Shown here in pieces: positions 30,460-40,032 of a DNA stretch of 64,000 nt. Position 1 is the stretch's first letter. Each line of letters begins with the position of its first letter. The notes below the pieces were generated by a model, which was not told the origin of the DNA, ran no database searches, and worked only from the letters and a program-made list of their open reading frames with translations. This stretch comes from an uncultured Gammaproteobacteria bacterium (GTDB lineage Bacteria > Patescibacteriota > Patescibacteriia > UBA9934). The stretch lies in the NCBI GenBank assembly GCA_964599455.1, contig CAZREA010000004.1, positions 1,628 through 65,627 of the forward strand, read 5' to 3'. A program made the translations under genes and the position numbers.

Positions 30460-30636
30460 GACATCTCCTGTTGTTCGAAGGCGGAAGGTGTTCGAAAGCA
30501 ACCGTGAAGTATGGCATAAAATCTCTTTTTTGTCCAAAAAGTTTCAAAAGATATAAGAAAAAAAAGTTAACGCCCGGCCTCTTTGCAGAAGTCGGGCGTT
30601 ACGGTTGTGTGAAGTGGGATGTGGCGATGATGAAGC

Positions 30637-31173
30637 TTACACCTTCACGCGACGGGGAGCGAGGATGTATCCGTCGCTGCCGTCCCGTGTAATGTCCGCC
30701 CCTTCGCGGACTTGCTCTGGTGCGATGCGCAGGGGTATTGGAGGGCGGCCGGCTGCGTGCAGGAGAAGACTGCTCGCCACGATGATCCGCGTCTCGCTGC
30801 GAGGATTGCGGAATGCGAGATCGACCTCTGCGTCGATGACGAAGTCGACACAGACGACGAGCACATCTTTCTCGCCAGCAAACAGAGTGATGAAGGCCGT
30901 GTCGCCCTCCGAAAGACCGATGCCGATCGCTGCGCCCGGTTGCTCGCGAGCGTGAATATACCTTCGTACTCGCTCCCAAGCAGCACCTGCCTGATCGATG
31001 GCCTCCGCCTCGCTGGAGTTTCGCGATTTGTTGGAGATGAGGGATCCAAGCAGGAGTCCTGCTTGAGAAAAGGTGTGTCCAACAAGGGGCGCGGTTGCGC
31101 CTCCCTCGATCCCGATCACGAGGTCGGGTCGTTGCCTGGCTAAACCTCGCAGGGTTCTGTGCGGTGTGGTCAC
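30637..31173 (-). CDS. Stand-alone paralogue of the CinA-like N-domain of 28516-29781
   Basis: LLLHAAGRPPIPL vs LLLFAAGLPQIPL; GAGGAGG SD; homologous terminator. Confidence 0.68.
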   Translation of the reverse strand: MTTPHRTLRGLARQRPDLVIGIEGGATAPLVGHTFSQAGLLLGSLISNKSRNSSEAEAIDQAGAAWERVRRYIHAREQPGAAIGIGLSEGDTAFITLFAGEKDVLVVCVDFVIDAEVDLAFRNPRSETRIIVASSLLLHAAGRPPIPLRIAPEQVREGADITRDGSDGYILAPRRVKV

Positions 31174-31325
31174 GTGGTCCTCCTCGTCGATTGATGTGGG
31201 ATGTCGTCAGCAGTCGACGCACAAGACTATCCATTTTTCTTTTTCTTGTCCATTTGCTTGTGTGATGAAGAAACAAGAGGGAGTTTGTGCACATATTGTC
31301 CACAGGTTCGTGGTAAAATAGTGAC

Positions 31326-31886
31326 ATGCGGATGGGAATTGATGCACGAATGTACGGATTACCGATTGGCGGTGGCGGAATTGGCCGCTATGTCGCATCG
31401 TTAGTAAACCATCTGCAAGCAATTGATCACGAAAATACGTATGTGATCTTTCTGCAAAAAGAAAACTTTCATGATTTTGTTGTTACGCAAGCAAACTTCT
31501 CAAAGCAGTTGATCGACATCATTCCTTATAGCTGGGCTGAACAATTTCAGTTTCCAAAAGCGATTGCCTTATCTCGGGTTCAGGTAATGCACTATCCGCA
31601 TGGTCATGCGCCGGTGTGGTCGAGCGTACCGTTTGTCGTCACGTTGCATGACGAAACAATCGCACGTGGACTGCAAAATATGGCCCGACGCTATGCACTT
31701 GAACATGCCGTGCATGGTGCGCGTCATATCATGACATCTACGCATGAAACGAAACAGAACATCTTAAATCATTTCCGTGTAAAGCCCCAAAAGATTTCGG
31801 TGATTGCTGATGAGTTCGATCAACCCATTTCTTGTGCCAAACAAACGCATGCAACCTACATGACGCATGCCATCCCTCGCCTGTGA
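31326..31886 (+). CDS. GT4 glycosyltransferase N-terminal domain only
   Basis: GIDAR..GIGRY, VVTLHD; C-terminal Rossmann domain absent. Confidence 0.7.
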   Translation: MRMGIDARMYGLPIGGGGIGRYVASLVNHLQAIDHENTYVIFLQKENFHDFVVTQANFSKQLIDIIPYSWAEQFQFPKAIALSRVQVMHYPHGHAPVWSSVPFVVTLHDETIARGLQNMARRYALEHAVHGARHIMTSTHETKQNILNHFRVKPQKISVIADEFDQPISCAKQTHATYMTHAIPRL

Positions 31887-34582
31887 GCAACCCCCTTTCT
31901 CAACATCCCTTCGACGATGCGCTACCCGAGCGCTTACTTGGTCGTACGCATAAAGAAGATGAACAGCGCACCGCCATTCCTTTGCACCGTGAAGCAACGG
32001 TGTTGTCGCCTTACATTGTCAAAGTGACGCACGATGCCGCCATTGCGCACTTTTCTCAAGGTGCATATGTTATCGAAGATGCTGATATCTTTCCCGATGA
32101 AGCACCACTCGTGGAATTGCGTGATGGCACCATTACCGTCTTGCCCGATGAAGTGGCGGCACAATTAGCTGAAATCGATACACCTCTCGAATTGCCGATC
32201 TTGGCACCCTATCCTGCCATTGCCCAAGCATGGGATAAAGCCGTGCCGGAAAATTTTGTTGTACAAACCGATCCGGTAGATATTTTTGCGCATTTAATTG
32301 AACAGAACATGGACATGTCTGACCCGTCCATGGCCGATGATGCGGATCGTGGGGGTTTGGCATTACCAAACCCCTCACTTGAATTGAACCAAGACGTTAT
32401 TGTTGCGCCAATGATCGACGGCATGCATATCGAATACGCCGACGGAACGGTGATGATGTTGGAAGGGGACGAAGGGGGAGGCGGGGTAAAAGGGGACGAG
32501 GACGCACCGTACGTCATTGCGAGGAGGAAGGCTTTGCCGACCGACGAAGCAATCTCTAAATCCGCGGACGCGCACGCATCCGAATCATGGCCCGTTCTAT
32601 TTTGGCGTCATGCTCGTCACGCTACTGCCTTTTCGGCATTAGCTGCGGTTTTACTTCTTCCTCTGCATACCTATCAAGTGTTTGCGCGTGCGCGTCAAAC
32701 GCAGGCAACGGTTGTTGCTGAAGGACAAAGTGGTTTGTCGGCCTTTTTGCGCGGAGCCAATGCTGCCTCTTCCGAAGATTTCCAAGGTGCCGAAAAAGAT
32801 TTTGCGCAAGCAGCTGCTTTCTTTTCTTCGGCCAAAGATTCATTTGATTCGTTGCATGGGGTGATTGTGGCCGCGGTCAGTGTTATTCCTTCCACAAATA
32901 CCACACTCGAAACCGGCACAGCGCTTGTAGATATGGGTGAACGGTTAGCTCGCGCGTCGTCACTCTTAGCGCAAGCAGGTGAAGATATTCGCAACGCCGA
33001 AGCATTGAGTGTCACTGATAAAATTGAGGTATTGCGTGCCTATACCAAACAGGCACTTCCTGAAATGCAAGCAGCAAGTCGAGCAGCAGAAAAAGTTGAT
33101 CTAGCACTTATTCCCGCCGATCAATATGACGTGGTGGCGCAAGCGATTGCTTCAACCAAAACATTCGCCTCTTCGCTTGAGGAGTTTGATCATTTTGCTG
33201 GACTTCTCGCCATGTTGCTCGGCGGTGATGGCAAAAAAGAATATCTATTCGCTTTCCAAAACAATACCGAGTTACGTCCAACCGGTGGTTTTATTGGTAG
33301 CTTTGCCGAATTAAGTTTTGATGATGGTGCACTCGTCGATATGCATGTTCCTGGCGGCGGCAGTTACGACGTGCAGGGGCAACTGAAAGAATTCGTCGCA
33401 GCTCCAGGGCCGTTGCAATTGTTACGTGCACGCTGGGAATTCCAAGATGCGAACTGGTTCCCTGATTTCCCCACCTCGGCCAGAAAAATGTTGTGGTTTT
33501 ATGAAGCGAGCGGTGGTCCCACTATGGATGGCGTTGTCGCGGTCAATGCCACGCTCGTTCCGGACTTGTTGCAGATACTCGGTCCTATCGACATGCCGGC
33601 GTATGACAAAACCATTAATGCCGAAAATTTTCTGTTTGAAACGCAAAAGATCGTTGAATTCGAATACGATACAATAGAAAATAAACCTAAAGCGTTCATC
33701 GGTGATTTAGCGGCAGCACTTTTAGCAAAGATCGAACAGGCCGATACGCCGACGTTATTGCAGATCATTGCCGCCATGGGTCAGGCATTGTCTGATCGTG
33801 ATGTGCAGATTTATTTTTCCGACAATGATGCACAAGCCTTGATGACAGAGGTGGGCTGGTCGGGAGAACTCAAGCAAACCTCGGGTGATTACCTGATGCT
33901 CGTGCACACCAATCTGGGAGGAGGGAAGACTGATGGTGTAATCACCCAAGATGTACAAGTCGATGTCACTATTGCTGAAGACGGAACCGTTGAAAACACG
34001 GTTACGCTCACTAAAACGCATCATGGCATGAAAAATGCCTTGTTGAGCGGCGTGAACAATGTCGATTATGTGCGTTTGTATGTTCCGGTCGGCAGCGAGC
34101 TCGTGTCGGCATCCGGATTTGAGATTCCTTCAGAAACACTTTTTGAACAATCTGATATTCCGCTCGGTATCGACGAAGATTTGGCACTTGCCATGCATGA
34201 TGTGCAAAAAGATCCGTGGTCGCGTACTGATGTGTGGGAAGAGCAGGGAAAAACGGTGTTTGGTAATTGGATACAAACAGCGCCTGGAGAAACACAATCG
34301 GTAAGTTTTACATATCGTTTACCTGCTAAGGTCTTTACGCAAGATACGCAGTGGGGCGCGATCGGCAAATTCGTGGGCATTCGCGATGCGCTGGGATACT
34401 CACTCTTTATCCAAAAGCAATCAGGCGTCCAACATCAAAATGTACAGGTGAACGTCAACATTCCTGCTGTATTGAAAACCGTGTGGACCTCATTTGCAAA
34501 AGATGGAGAATCGACGACCGACATTTTACTGTCAGAACAGCAGCACGATACCTTCTTTGGCTGGGTTTTTGAGCGTCTTTAA
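31883..34582 (+). CDS. DUF4012-domain membrane protein
   Basis: FQNNTELRPTGGFIGS, DANWFPDFPTSA, GGGKTD; GTG overlaps upstream stop. Confidence 0.85.
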   Translation: MSNPLSQHPFDDALPERLLGRTHKEDEQRTAIPLHREATVLSPYIVKVTHDAAIAHFSQGAYVIEDADIFPDEAPLVELRDGTITVLPDEVAAQLAEIDTPLELPILAPYPAIAQAWDKAVPENFVVQTDPVDIFAHLIEQNMDMSDPSMADDADRGGLALPNPSLELNQDVIVAPMIDGMHIEYADGTVMMLEGDEGGGGVKGDEDAPYVIARRKALPTDEAISKSADAHASESWPVLFWRHARHATAFSALAAVLLLPLHTYQVFARARQTQATVVAEGQSGLSAFLRGANAASSEDFQGAEKDFAQAAAFFSSAKDSFDSLHGVIVAAVSVIPSTNTTLETGTALVDMGERLARASSLLAQAGEDIRNAEALSVTDKIEVLRAYTKQALPEMQAASRAAEKVDLALIPADQYDVVAQAIASTKTFASSLEEFDHFAGLLAMLLGGDGKKEYLFAFQNNTELRPTGGFIGSFAELSFDDGALVDMHVPGGGSYDVQGQLKEFVAAPGPLQLLRARWEFQDANWFPDFPTSARKMLWFYEASGGPTMDGVVAVNATLVPDLLQILGPIDMPAYDKTINAENFLFETQKIVEFEYDTIENKPKAFIGDLAAALLAKIEQADTPTLLQIIAAMGQALSDRDVQIYFSDNDAQALMTEVGWSGELKQTSGDYLMLVHTNLGGGKTDGVITQDVQVDVTIAEDGTVENTVTLTKTHHGMKNALLSGVNNVDYVRLYVPVGSELVSASGFEIPSETLFEQSDIPLGIDEDLALAMHDVQKDPWSRTDVWEEQGKTVFGNWIQTAPGETQSVSFTYRLPAKVFTQDTQWGAIGKFVGIRDALGYSLFIQKQSGVQHQNVQVNVNIPAVLKTVWTSFAKDGESTTDILLSEQQHDTFFGWVFERL
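32513..32556. repeat. REP/RPE-like palindrome in frame within the DUF4012 gene
   Basis: GTCATTGCGAGGAGG...CGACGAAGCAATCT, translated VIARRKALPTDEAIS. Confidence 0.6.
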
Positions 34583-34585
34583 TCT

Positions 34586-36469
34586 ATGGCCAAACATCAT
34601 CTAAAAAAACATGATGCGCAGTTTGACCATGTCCATTTAAAAGAAGACGGACTTCATAATGAGCGCACAACCGAATCCGCAAAAGCATTTGCGCGTGATG
34701 TGGAAGAGGGATTGCAGGTTATTTATGGCGACGACACGCAAGATTTGCATGTGGTTGAAAAAGATCAGCATCATGCCACGCGTGTGCTCGTAAAAATCGT
34801 CCTCGCGCTGGCGTTGTGTACGGGGCTCGCGTATATCGCTTTTTTTGCCTACACCACGTTTTTTCGCGAACAGGTCCAGGAGCCTTTACACATTACGATT
34901 ACCGCACCAACACAGGTGCAGAGCGGGAGTGAAATTACCATTGAGGTTGCCTACGGGAATCCGCAAAATATTCCCCTAGCGCAACTGAGTATTGATCTCA
35001 ATCTTCCTTCGGGATTTGTCGTCACCTCCTCTTTGCCCGATCCTAGCAATGCGGAAGAATTGGTTTGGACCATTGGTTCGCTGGGCCAACATTCCGATGG
35101 AAAAATCATCTTCACCGGCTATTGGTTTGCTGAAGTTCCTTCCATCGGCATAGTGCAAGCGGTTTCGACCTATCGCCCGGCTAATTTTAATGCCGACTTT
35201 TCTACCATCACGACCGCTTCGTTGTCTGCTGATTCTTCATTACTCCAATCTTCTCTCACAGGACCAGCCGCTGTTGCCCCGGGCGAAGAAGCGACCTATG
35301 TTTTTTCGCTTACGAACACCGCCACACGTACACTTGAACATATCGCTACCGAGTTTTTATTGCCGAGTACGTTTATTGTGACTTCGTTTGAGCCGGCGTT
35401 AGAACCTGGCGGCGCAAAGGTGTGGACTCTTGCTTCATTGGAAGCCGGGCAATCAACGTCTATGACCTTACGCGGAGCGTATGCGGGTGATGCGAAGGAC
35501 GTGCAGCAGCTTGATGTGCGCACCACGCTGATTCCTGCCGAGGGTCGATCAGCCGTTGTGCAGGCAACGACGAGTTGGTTTACCGATGTACAAGGAGGAG
35601 ATGTTCGCCTGTCATTAGCGGCCAATGGCTCAACGAGTCAGGCATTAGTAGCTCCGGGTGAACAATTGCGTGTGAGTGCCCAAGTGGTGAATGAGGGCGA
35701 AAAGGCACTGAGTGATCTTGTGCTCACGCTCGATTTTCAACCCGAGCAAGGCATTCCTATTTCTTGGAGTGAAAGTACGCTCGGTGGCGCACAAATTACG
35801 GCGGCCGGAATTGTCCTTTCTGCACAAAAGATTGGTACTCTTGCGCCGGGTGAACGTAAAACTTTTTCATTCCTTTTCCCACTCAAAGCAGAAGTTACTT
35901 CCACCAACGTCACCGATTTTGCGGTAACGGCGTACGTGACAAGTGCACAAGGAAAAGTACAAAGCACACCCATTGCCGTGCAGGTAAATGCCGCGGTTGC
36001 CCTTGACGCGCAGGCACGTTATTACGATGCACAAGGTGCACCCGTGGGCGCAGGTGTGTTTCCACCCGAGGTTGATCAGGAAACCACGTTTTTGCTGACT
36101 TGGAAAATCGATAAACAATTGCATGCACTCGAGGATGTCAGTATTGCCGCAACCTTGCCTCCTGATGTCACCTTTGTACGTGCCGATACTGCAACTGCGG
36201 GCACGTTAAGCTATGATGAAGCAACGCGCACGGTGCGCTGGACCGTTGATGTCATGCACGAAGACGAACAAACGCTTACACAAGGATTTTTTCTTACCCT
36301 TATTCCGGGTGATGAAGATGTTGATACGTACGTCAAATTGCTTTCATCCAGCATCCTACGTGCAACAGACTCTGTCACCGGCGCAACGCTTGCCGATGAA
36401 GATGCAGCCTTAACAACTGAATTACCCGACGATGTAACGGCAGCCGGAAAGGGTATTATTGCCGACTAA
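34586..36469 (+). CDS. Membrane-anchored Ig-like (DUF11-type) repeat protein
   Basis: One TM helix then repeated beta-rich domains (WTIGSL, WTLASL, IGTLAPGE). Confidence 0.78.
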   Translation: MAKHHLKKHDAQFDHVHLKEDGLHNERTTESAKAFARDVEEGLQVIYGDDTQDLHVVEKDQHHATRVLVKIVLALALCTGLAYIAFFAYTTFFREQVQEPLHITITAPTQVQSGSEITIEVAYGNPQNIPLAQLSIDLNLPSGFVVTSSLPDPSNAEELVWTIGSLGQHSDGKIIFTGYWFAEVPSIGIVQAVSTYRPANFNADFSTITTASLSADSSLLQSSLTGPAAVAPGEEATYVFSLTNTATRTLEHIATEFLLPSTFIVTSFEPALEPGGAKVWTLASLEAGQSTSMTLRGAYAGDAKDVQQLDVRTTLIPAEGRSAVVQATTSWFTDVQGGDVRLSLAANGSTSQALVAPGEQLRVSAQVVNEGEKALSDLVLTLDFQPEQGIPISWSESTLGGAQITAAGIVLSAQKIGTLAPGERKTFSFLFPLKAEVTSTNVTDFAVTAYVTSAQGKVQSTPIAVQVNAAVALDAQARYYDAQGAPVGAGVFPPEVDQETTFLLTWKIDKQLHALEDVSIAATLPPDVTFVRADTATAGTLSYDEATRTVRWTVDVMHEDEQTLTQGFFLTLIPGDEDVDTYVKLLSSSILRATDSVTGATLADEDAALTTELPDDVTAAGKGIIAD

Positions 36470-37584
36470 TTTTTTACAGAGTTGAGAGCAGTGAGAAGTG
36501 ATTGCGCGGTTTTCTCCCAAGAATGCGTTTTTGCCAACGCAAGGCCTTTGGTACGCAACGTTTCCAGGACAGCATGATTTTTTTCTTCACAAATAAGTGC
36601 AAGTGCTCGTGCAATGTCTTCGCTATTGTGCGCATCAATACTCAAAACCGTATCGCCAAAAAGCGTGTGCGGAGCAGTGCTGGCAGTGGTGATAACCGGC
36701 GTTCCGCATGCAAGGGCTTCGAGTACGGGTAAACCAAACCCTTCAAAAAATGAAGGAAACAGAACAGCTCTAGCACCGCGTAACAGTGCTGGTCGATGTT
36801 TGGCGGGAATATAGCCTAGTTCGAGAATTGTTTTTCTGTTGTGTATAGGAGCATATTTCCAACCTGGTGCACCCGCGATGACGAGCGGAAGATCATTGCC
36901 TGCATGATCGCTCCATTTGAGGAAACCTTCAATAATGCCGGGAAGATTTTTTCGCGGTTCTTGGGTGGCTAAACTCAGCACATATGGCCGATTCAAGTCA
37001 TACATGGCGCGAAATGATCGATCAGATGATTGTTCGCGGGCGCAAAATACTTGGTGGTCAACACCAAGAGGAAGAGGAGAAATGCGTTCAGGTGCAATAT
37101 CCCACGTGTGTTGAATATCGTGTGCCGTTGTGGGTGAGACGGCAAGAATGTGCTGGGCTTGCGCAGCAAGTTCTTGCGGACGAGCCAAGGCACGCAACAC
37201 ATTATCTTTCGGCGAAAAGAAATCAGGAAAATGAACAAAGCTTAAATCATGAACGGTGAGAATGTACGGCTTTTCCGTGCGGATAATCGTCCAATTAGGA
37301 AACCACCAGGCATCAATCGGTTCTGGCAAATATGCCTCAAGCGGTGTGCCGGTCAGAGTAAGTGCGAAGACAAGACGATTTGGCAGTGCTTTGCGCACGA
37401 CTGTGACATGCGGGTGGGAAAAGGTGGGTAATCGTGCCAAGGTATCAGCACTTCCCGACGCAAAAAGAACAAAGTGATGTTCGGTTGGTAAAGAAAAAAG
37501 TTCTTTGAGTGTTTCGAGCAAAGCAAAACCGACGCCGGTAAGATGGCGATCAGTTAATGAACGAATGTCAATTGCAATACGCAT
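36466..37584 (-). CDS. GT4 glycosyltransferase
   Basis: EPRKN, FPSFFEGFGLPVLEALACGTP. Confidence 0.92.
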   Translation of the reverse strand: MRIAIDIRSLTDRHLTGVGFALLETLKELFSLPTEHHFVLFASGSADTLARLPTFSHPHVTVVRKALPNRLVFALTLTGTPLEAYLPEPIDAWWFPNWTIIRTEKPYILTVHDLSFVHFPDFFSPKDNVLRALARPQELAAQAQHILAVSPTTAHDIQHTWDIAPERISPLPLGVDHQVFCAREQSSDRSFRAMYDLNRPYVLSLATQEPRKNLPGIIEGFLKWSDHAGNDLPLVIAGAPGWKYAPIHNRKTILELGYIPAKHRPALLRGARAVLFPSFFEGFGLPVLEALACGTPVITTASTAPHTLFGDTVLSIDAHNSEDIARALALICEEKNHAVLETLRTKGLALAKTHSWEKTAQSLLTALNSVKN

Positions 37585-38696
37585 TAGCGTTCACCAAGAA
37601 TATGCTGAGCATGCGTGCGATATGTTTCACGCACGACCCTCATCATCTTTTCACGAAACACGGTTGTTGAAAATCCCTCAGCATGCTGGCGAATGCGGGC
37701 AGGGGAGAAAACGGTGTGGTTAAAGTGTGTAATTGCATCAATAAGTCCATCAACACTTTGGGTTGTGAAAAAACTTCCCGTTACTCCTTCAATAACCGTT
37801 TCCAGTGCACCACCTTTTTTATAGGCAATCACCGGTCGTCCTGCCGCCATGCTTTCGACGGCCGTAATGCCGAAATCTTCTTCTTGCGGATAAATAAATG
37901 CGATGGCATCAGTAAACAATCGTGCCCGTTCTTCATCGCTGACCCGACCAATAAATTCGATATTGCTTTTTGCGCGTTTACGTAAACTCGCTTCGGCAGG
38001 GCCTGTGCCAAATATTTTTAGCGGTTTTCCTAATTTATTAAACGCATCAACGATTAAGTCAAAGCGTTTGTAGGCAACCAAACGTCCACCGGCTAAATAG
38101 TAGGTTTTCTCGTTACTACTGATGTGAAAGCGCTCAACATCAACGGGTGGATAAATGACCTCGCTGTCTTTGTTGTAATATTTTTTGATGCGCAAGCGAA
38201 CAGCTTCAGAGTTCGCGATAAATCGATCAACGCGATCTGCAGACGTACGATCCCACATGCGTAAAAAAGTTAACAAGGGAGGGAGAAGGAATTTAATCGG
38301 TTTGGGAATAAAGAGCTCCTCAACGTAATCGCTTGTTTCGGACCACAAATACCGAGTAGGTGTGTGGCAGTAACAAATATGCACCGTGTGCGGATGGGTG
38401 ATGACACCCTTTGCTAAGGCGCTTGAACTCGAAATAACGACGTCATACGGACGCAGGTCATAACTCTCAATTGCGGTCGGCATCAGCGGGAGAAACCAGC
38501 GTAAGTGCGAAATGCCTCCAGGAAGGCGTTCCAGAAATGAGGTGCGAATATCACGATGGGCGAATTCAGGAAAGTGATTCTTGGCGAAGGCAAGCGTATA
38601 AAGCGGAGCGTAGGGCCAGAGCGCGGCTAATGCTTCTAACACCCGCTCAGCGCCTCCTTTTTGTATGAGATGGTCATGGACAAGAGCAACGCGCAT
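37584..38696 (-). CDS. GT4 glycosyltransferase
   Basis: GGAERV, YCHTP, EDFGITAVESMAAGRP. Confidence 0.92.
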   Translation of the reverse strand: MRVALVHDHLIQKGGAERVLEALAALWPYAPLYTLAFAKNHFPEFAHRDIRTSFLERLPGGISHLRWFLPLMPTAIESYDLRPYDVVISSSSALAKGVITHPHTVHICYCHTPTRYLWSETSDYVEELFIPKPIKFLLPPLLTFLRMWDRTSADRVDRFIANSEAVRLRIKKYYNKDSEVIYPPVDVERFHISSNEKTYYLAGGRLVAYKRFDLIVDAFNKLGKPLKIFGTGPAEASLRKRAKSNIEFIGRVSDEERARLFTDAIAFIYPQEEDFGITAVESMAAGRPVIAYKKGGALETVIEGVTGSFFTTQSVDGLIDAITHFNHTVFSPARIRQHAEGFSTTVFREKMMRVVRETYRTHAQHILGER

Positions 38697-38957
38697 AGGG
38701 GAGGAACAGATGGGACGGATTGTAGACGGATTTAGGGGATATGGAAAGGGTGCTGAATTGAATCTAAAATTATTGACTTTCCTGCCGTTTTTGTTACCTT
38801 AGTCTATCGTTCAGAGAACATTGTTCGTGTTGAACGTAGCGTTTTGGACCTAAAAAGATGGATCTAAAACGCCGTGCTCAACCAATGGCCTGCATCATTC
38901 CGGTATCTATCGGAAGAAATGCCTGCCCACGGCTTTCCAAAAAGGAGGCTCGTCGCC

Positions 38958-39860
38958 ATGTCGACACGCCTTGCTGATTTGCCTTATGGAGTCGTCGATC
39001 AGCTGCATCGCCAGCTCGCCAGCAACCTGACCGCCGAGGAGGGACGGAAGCTTCATGATCGCCCCGAGCTCTGGAAGGTCATGGTCGAAGCCCTGCGCAG
39101 GCAGATAGGGCCTAAACTTGTTCACGGTCGGTTCACCCCGCTCGCGGACAAGATCGCGATGGTGAAGACGTGGCCCGGCATCAACCCGGCCGACGTCGAC
39201 GCCGCGTTCGCCACGGCGATGGAGAACGGGACGATCGCCGGCTACGAGGCCGAGGTCGGGAAGAACCCGTTCCTCGACATCGTCGTCACGGTCTACCGCG
39301 AGTCCATCCCCGCCACCGTCGTGTACGCGCGCGAGCGCATGCGTGAGGTCTGGGGTGACAAATACAGCGAGTGGGAAGCAGCCTACGCGCAGGACGTCGA
39401 TGACGACCGCGTGAAGGCCATCCCGGGCGCGAAGCAGTTCACTCCCAACCGGATCGTCATCGAGGTTGTCGACTTCGGGGCGAACTGGAACCTGAAGGAC
39501 GGCGTCGTGCTTGAGGAGGTTCAGAAGTCCCAGGCTGCTCAGCTCGCGAGTTTTGCCGTGATCTACAACGCCGTGCAGAGCCCCAAGTGGCTCTGGCAGA
39601 TGGACGGTAAGAAGGTACCGTATGCCCTCGTGGCTGCGCTTCTGCTCAACGTGCCGAACCACAGAAGAGATAGGGAGACAGAGGAGATGGAGCGTGCCAT
39701 GATGTATGCGCTCATCATCGACAGGCCACTGCCTTACGAGGCGTGGCGTTACTCACCGAGCGTCTTGCGCGACGGTGGCGAGGCGAGGCTGAGCGGCGAC
39801 TACGTCGGGTGCCGTTTCCACAACTGCGCCGTGCCTGTCCTCCGGGAGTACAAGCGCTAG
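38958..39860 (+). CDS. Hypothetical protein, DGR-target-like C-terminus
   Basis: AAGGAGG SD; MDGKKVPY...W..SP.V...AVPVLRE; NNC-rich last ~35 codons. Confidence 0.7.
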   Translation: MSTRLADLPYGVVDQLHRQLASNLTAEEGRKLHDRPELWKVMVEALRRQIGPKLVHGRFTPLADKIAMVKTWPGINPADVDAAFATAMENGTIAGYEAEVGKNPFLDIVVTVYRESIPATVVYARERMREVWGDKYSEWEAAYAQDVDDDRVKAIPGAKQFTPNRIVIEVVDFGANWNLKDGVVLEEVQKSQAAQLASFAVIYNAVQSPKWLWQMDGKKVPYALVAALLLNVPNHRRDRETEEMERAMMYALIIDRPLPYEAWRYSPSVLRDGGEARLSGDYVGCRFHNCAVPVLREYKR

Positions 39861-40032
39861 GGATTCGGCGACTCGTTATTTGGGAGCCTTGGACTCTGAG
39901 TTCTTGGCTCTCGTCCGCGAAGCGGACTTGATACGTCGATCGCTCAACGTATCTCGCGACATCGGGAAATTCTGGCCTCAACGAGGGGTGGCATCTCCGG
40001 GTGTCGCTCTTTTTTTAGAGAAGGAAGATGTC

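Noticed and set aside
20977-39662. Long antisense ORFs (20977-21615, 21670-22248, 22430-23302, 28477-29322, 38907-39662)
   Set aside because: Shadows of GC3-rich genes on the opposite strand, which have SDs, motifs and terminators
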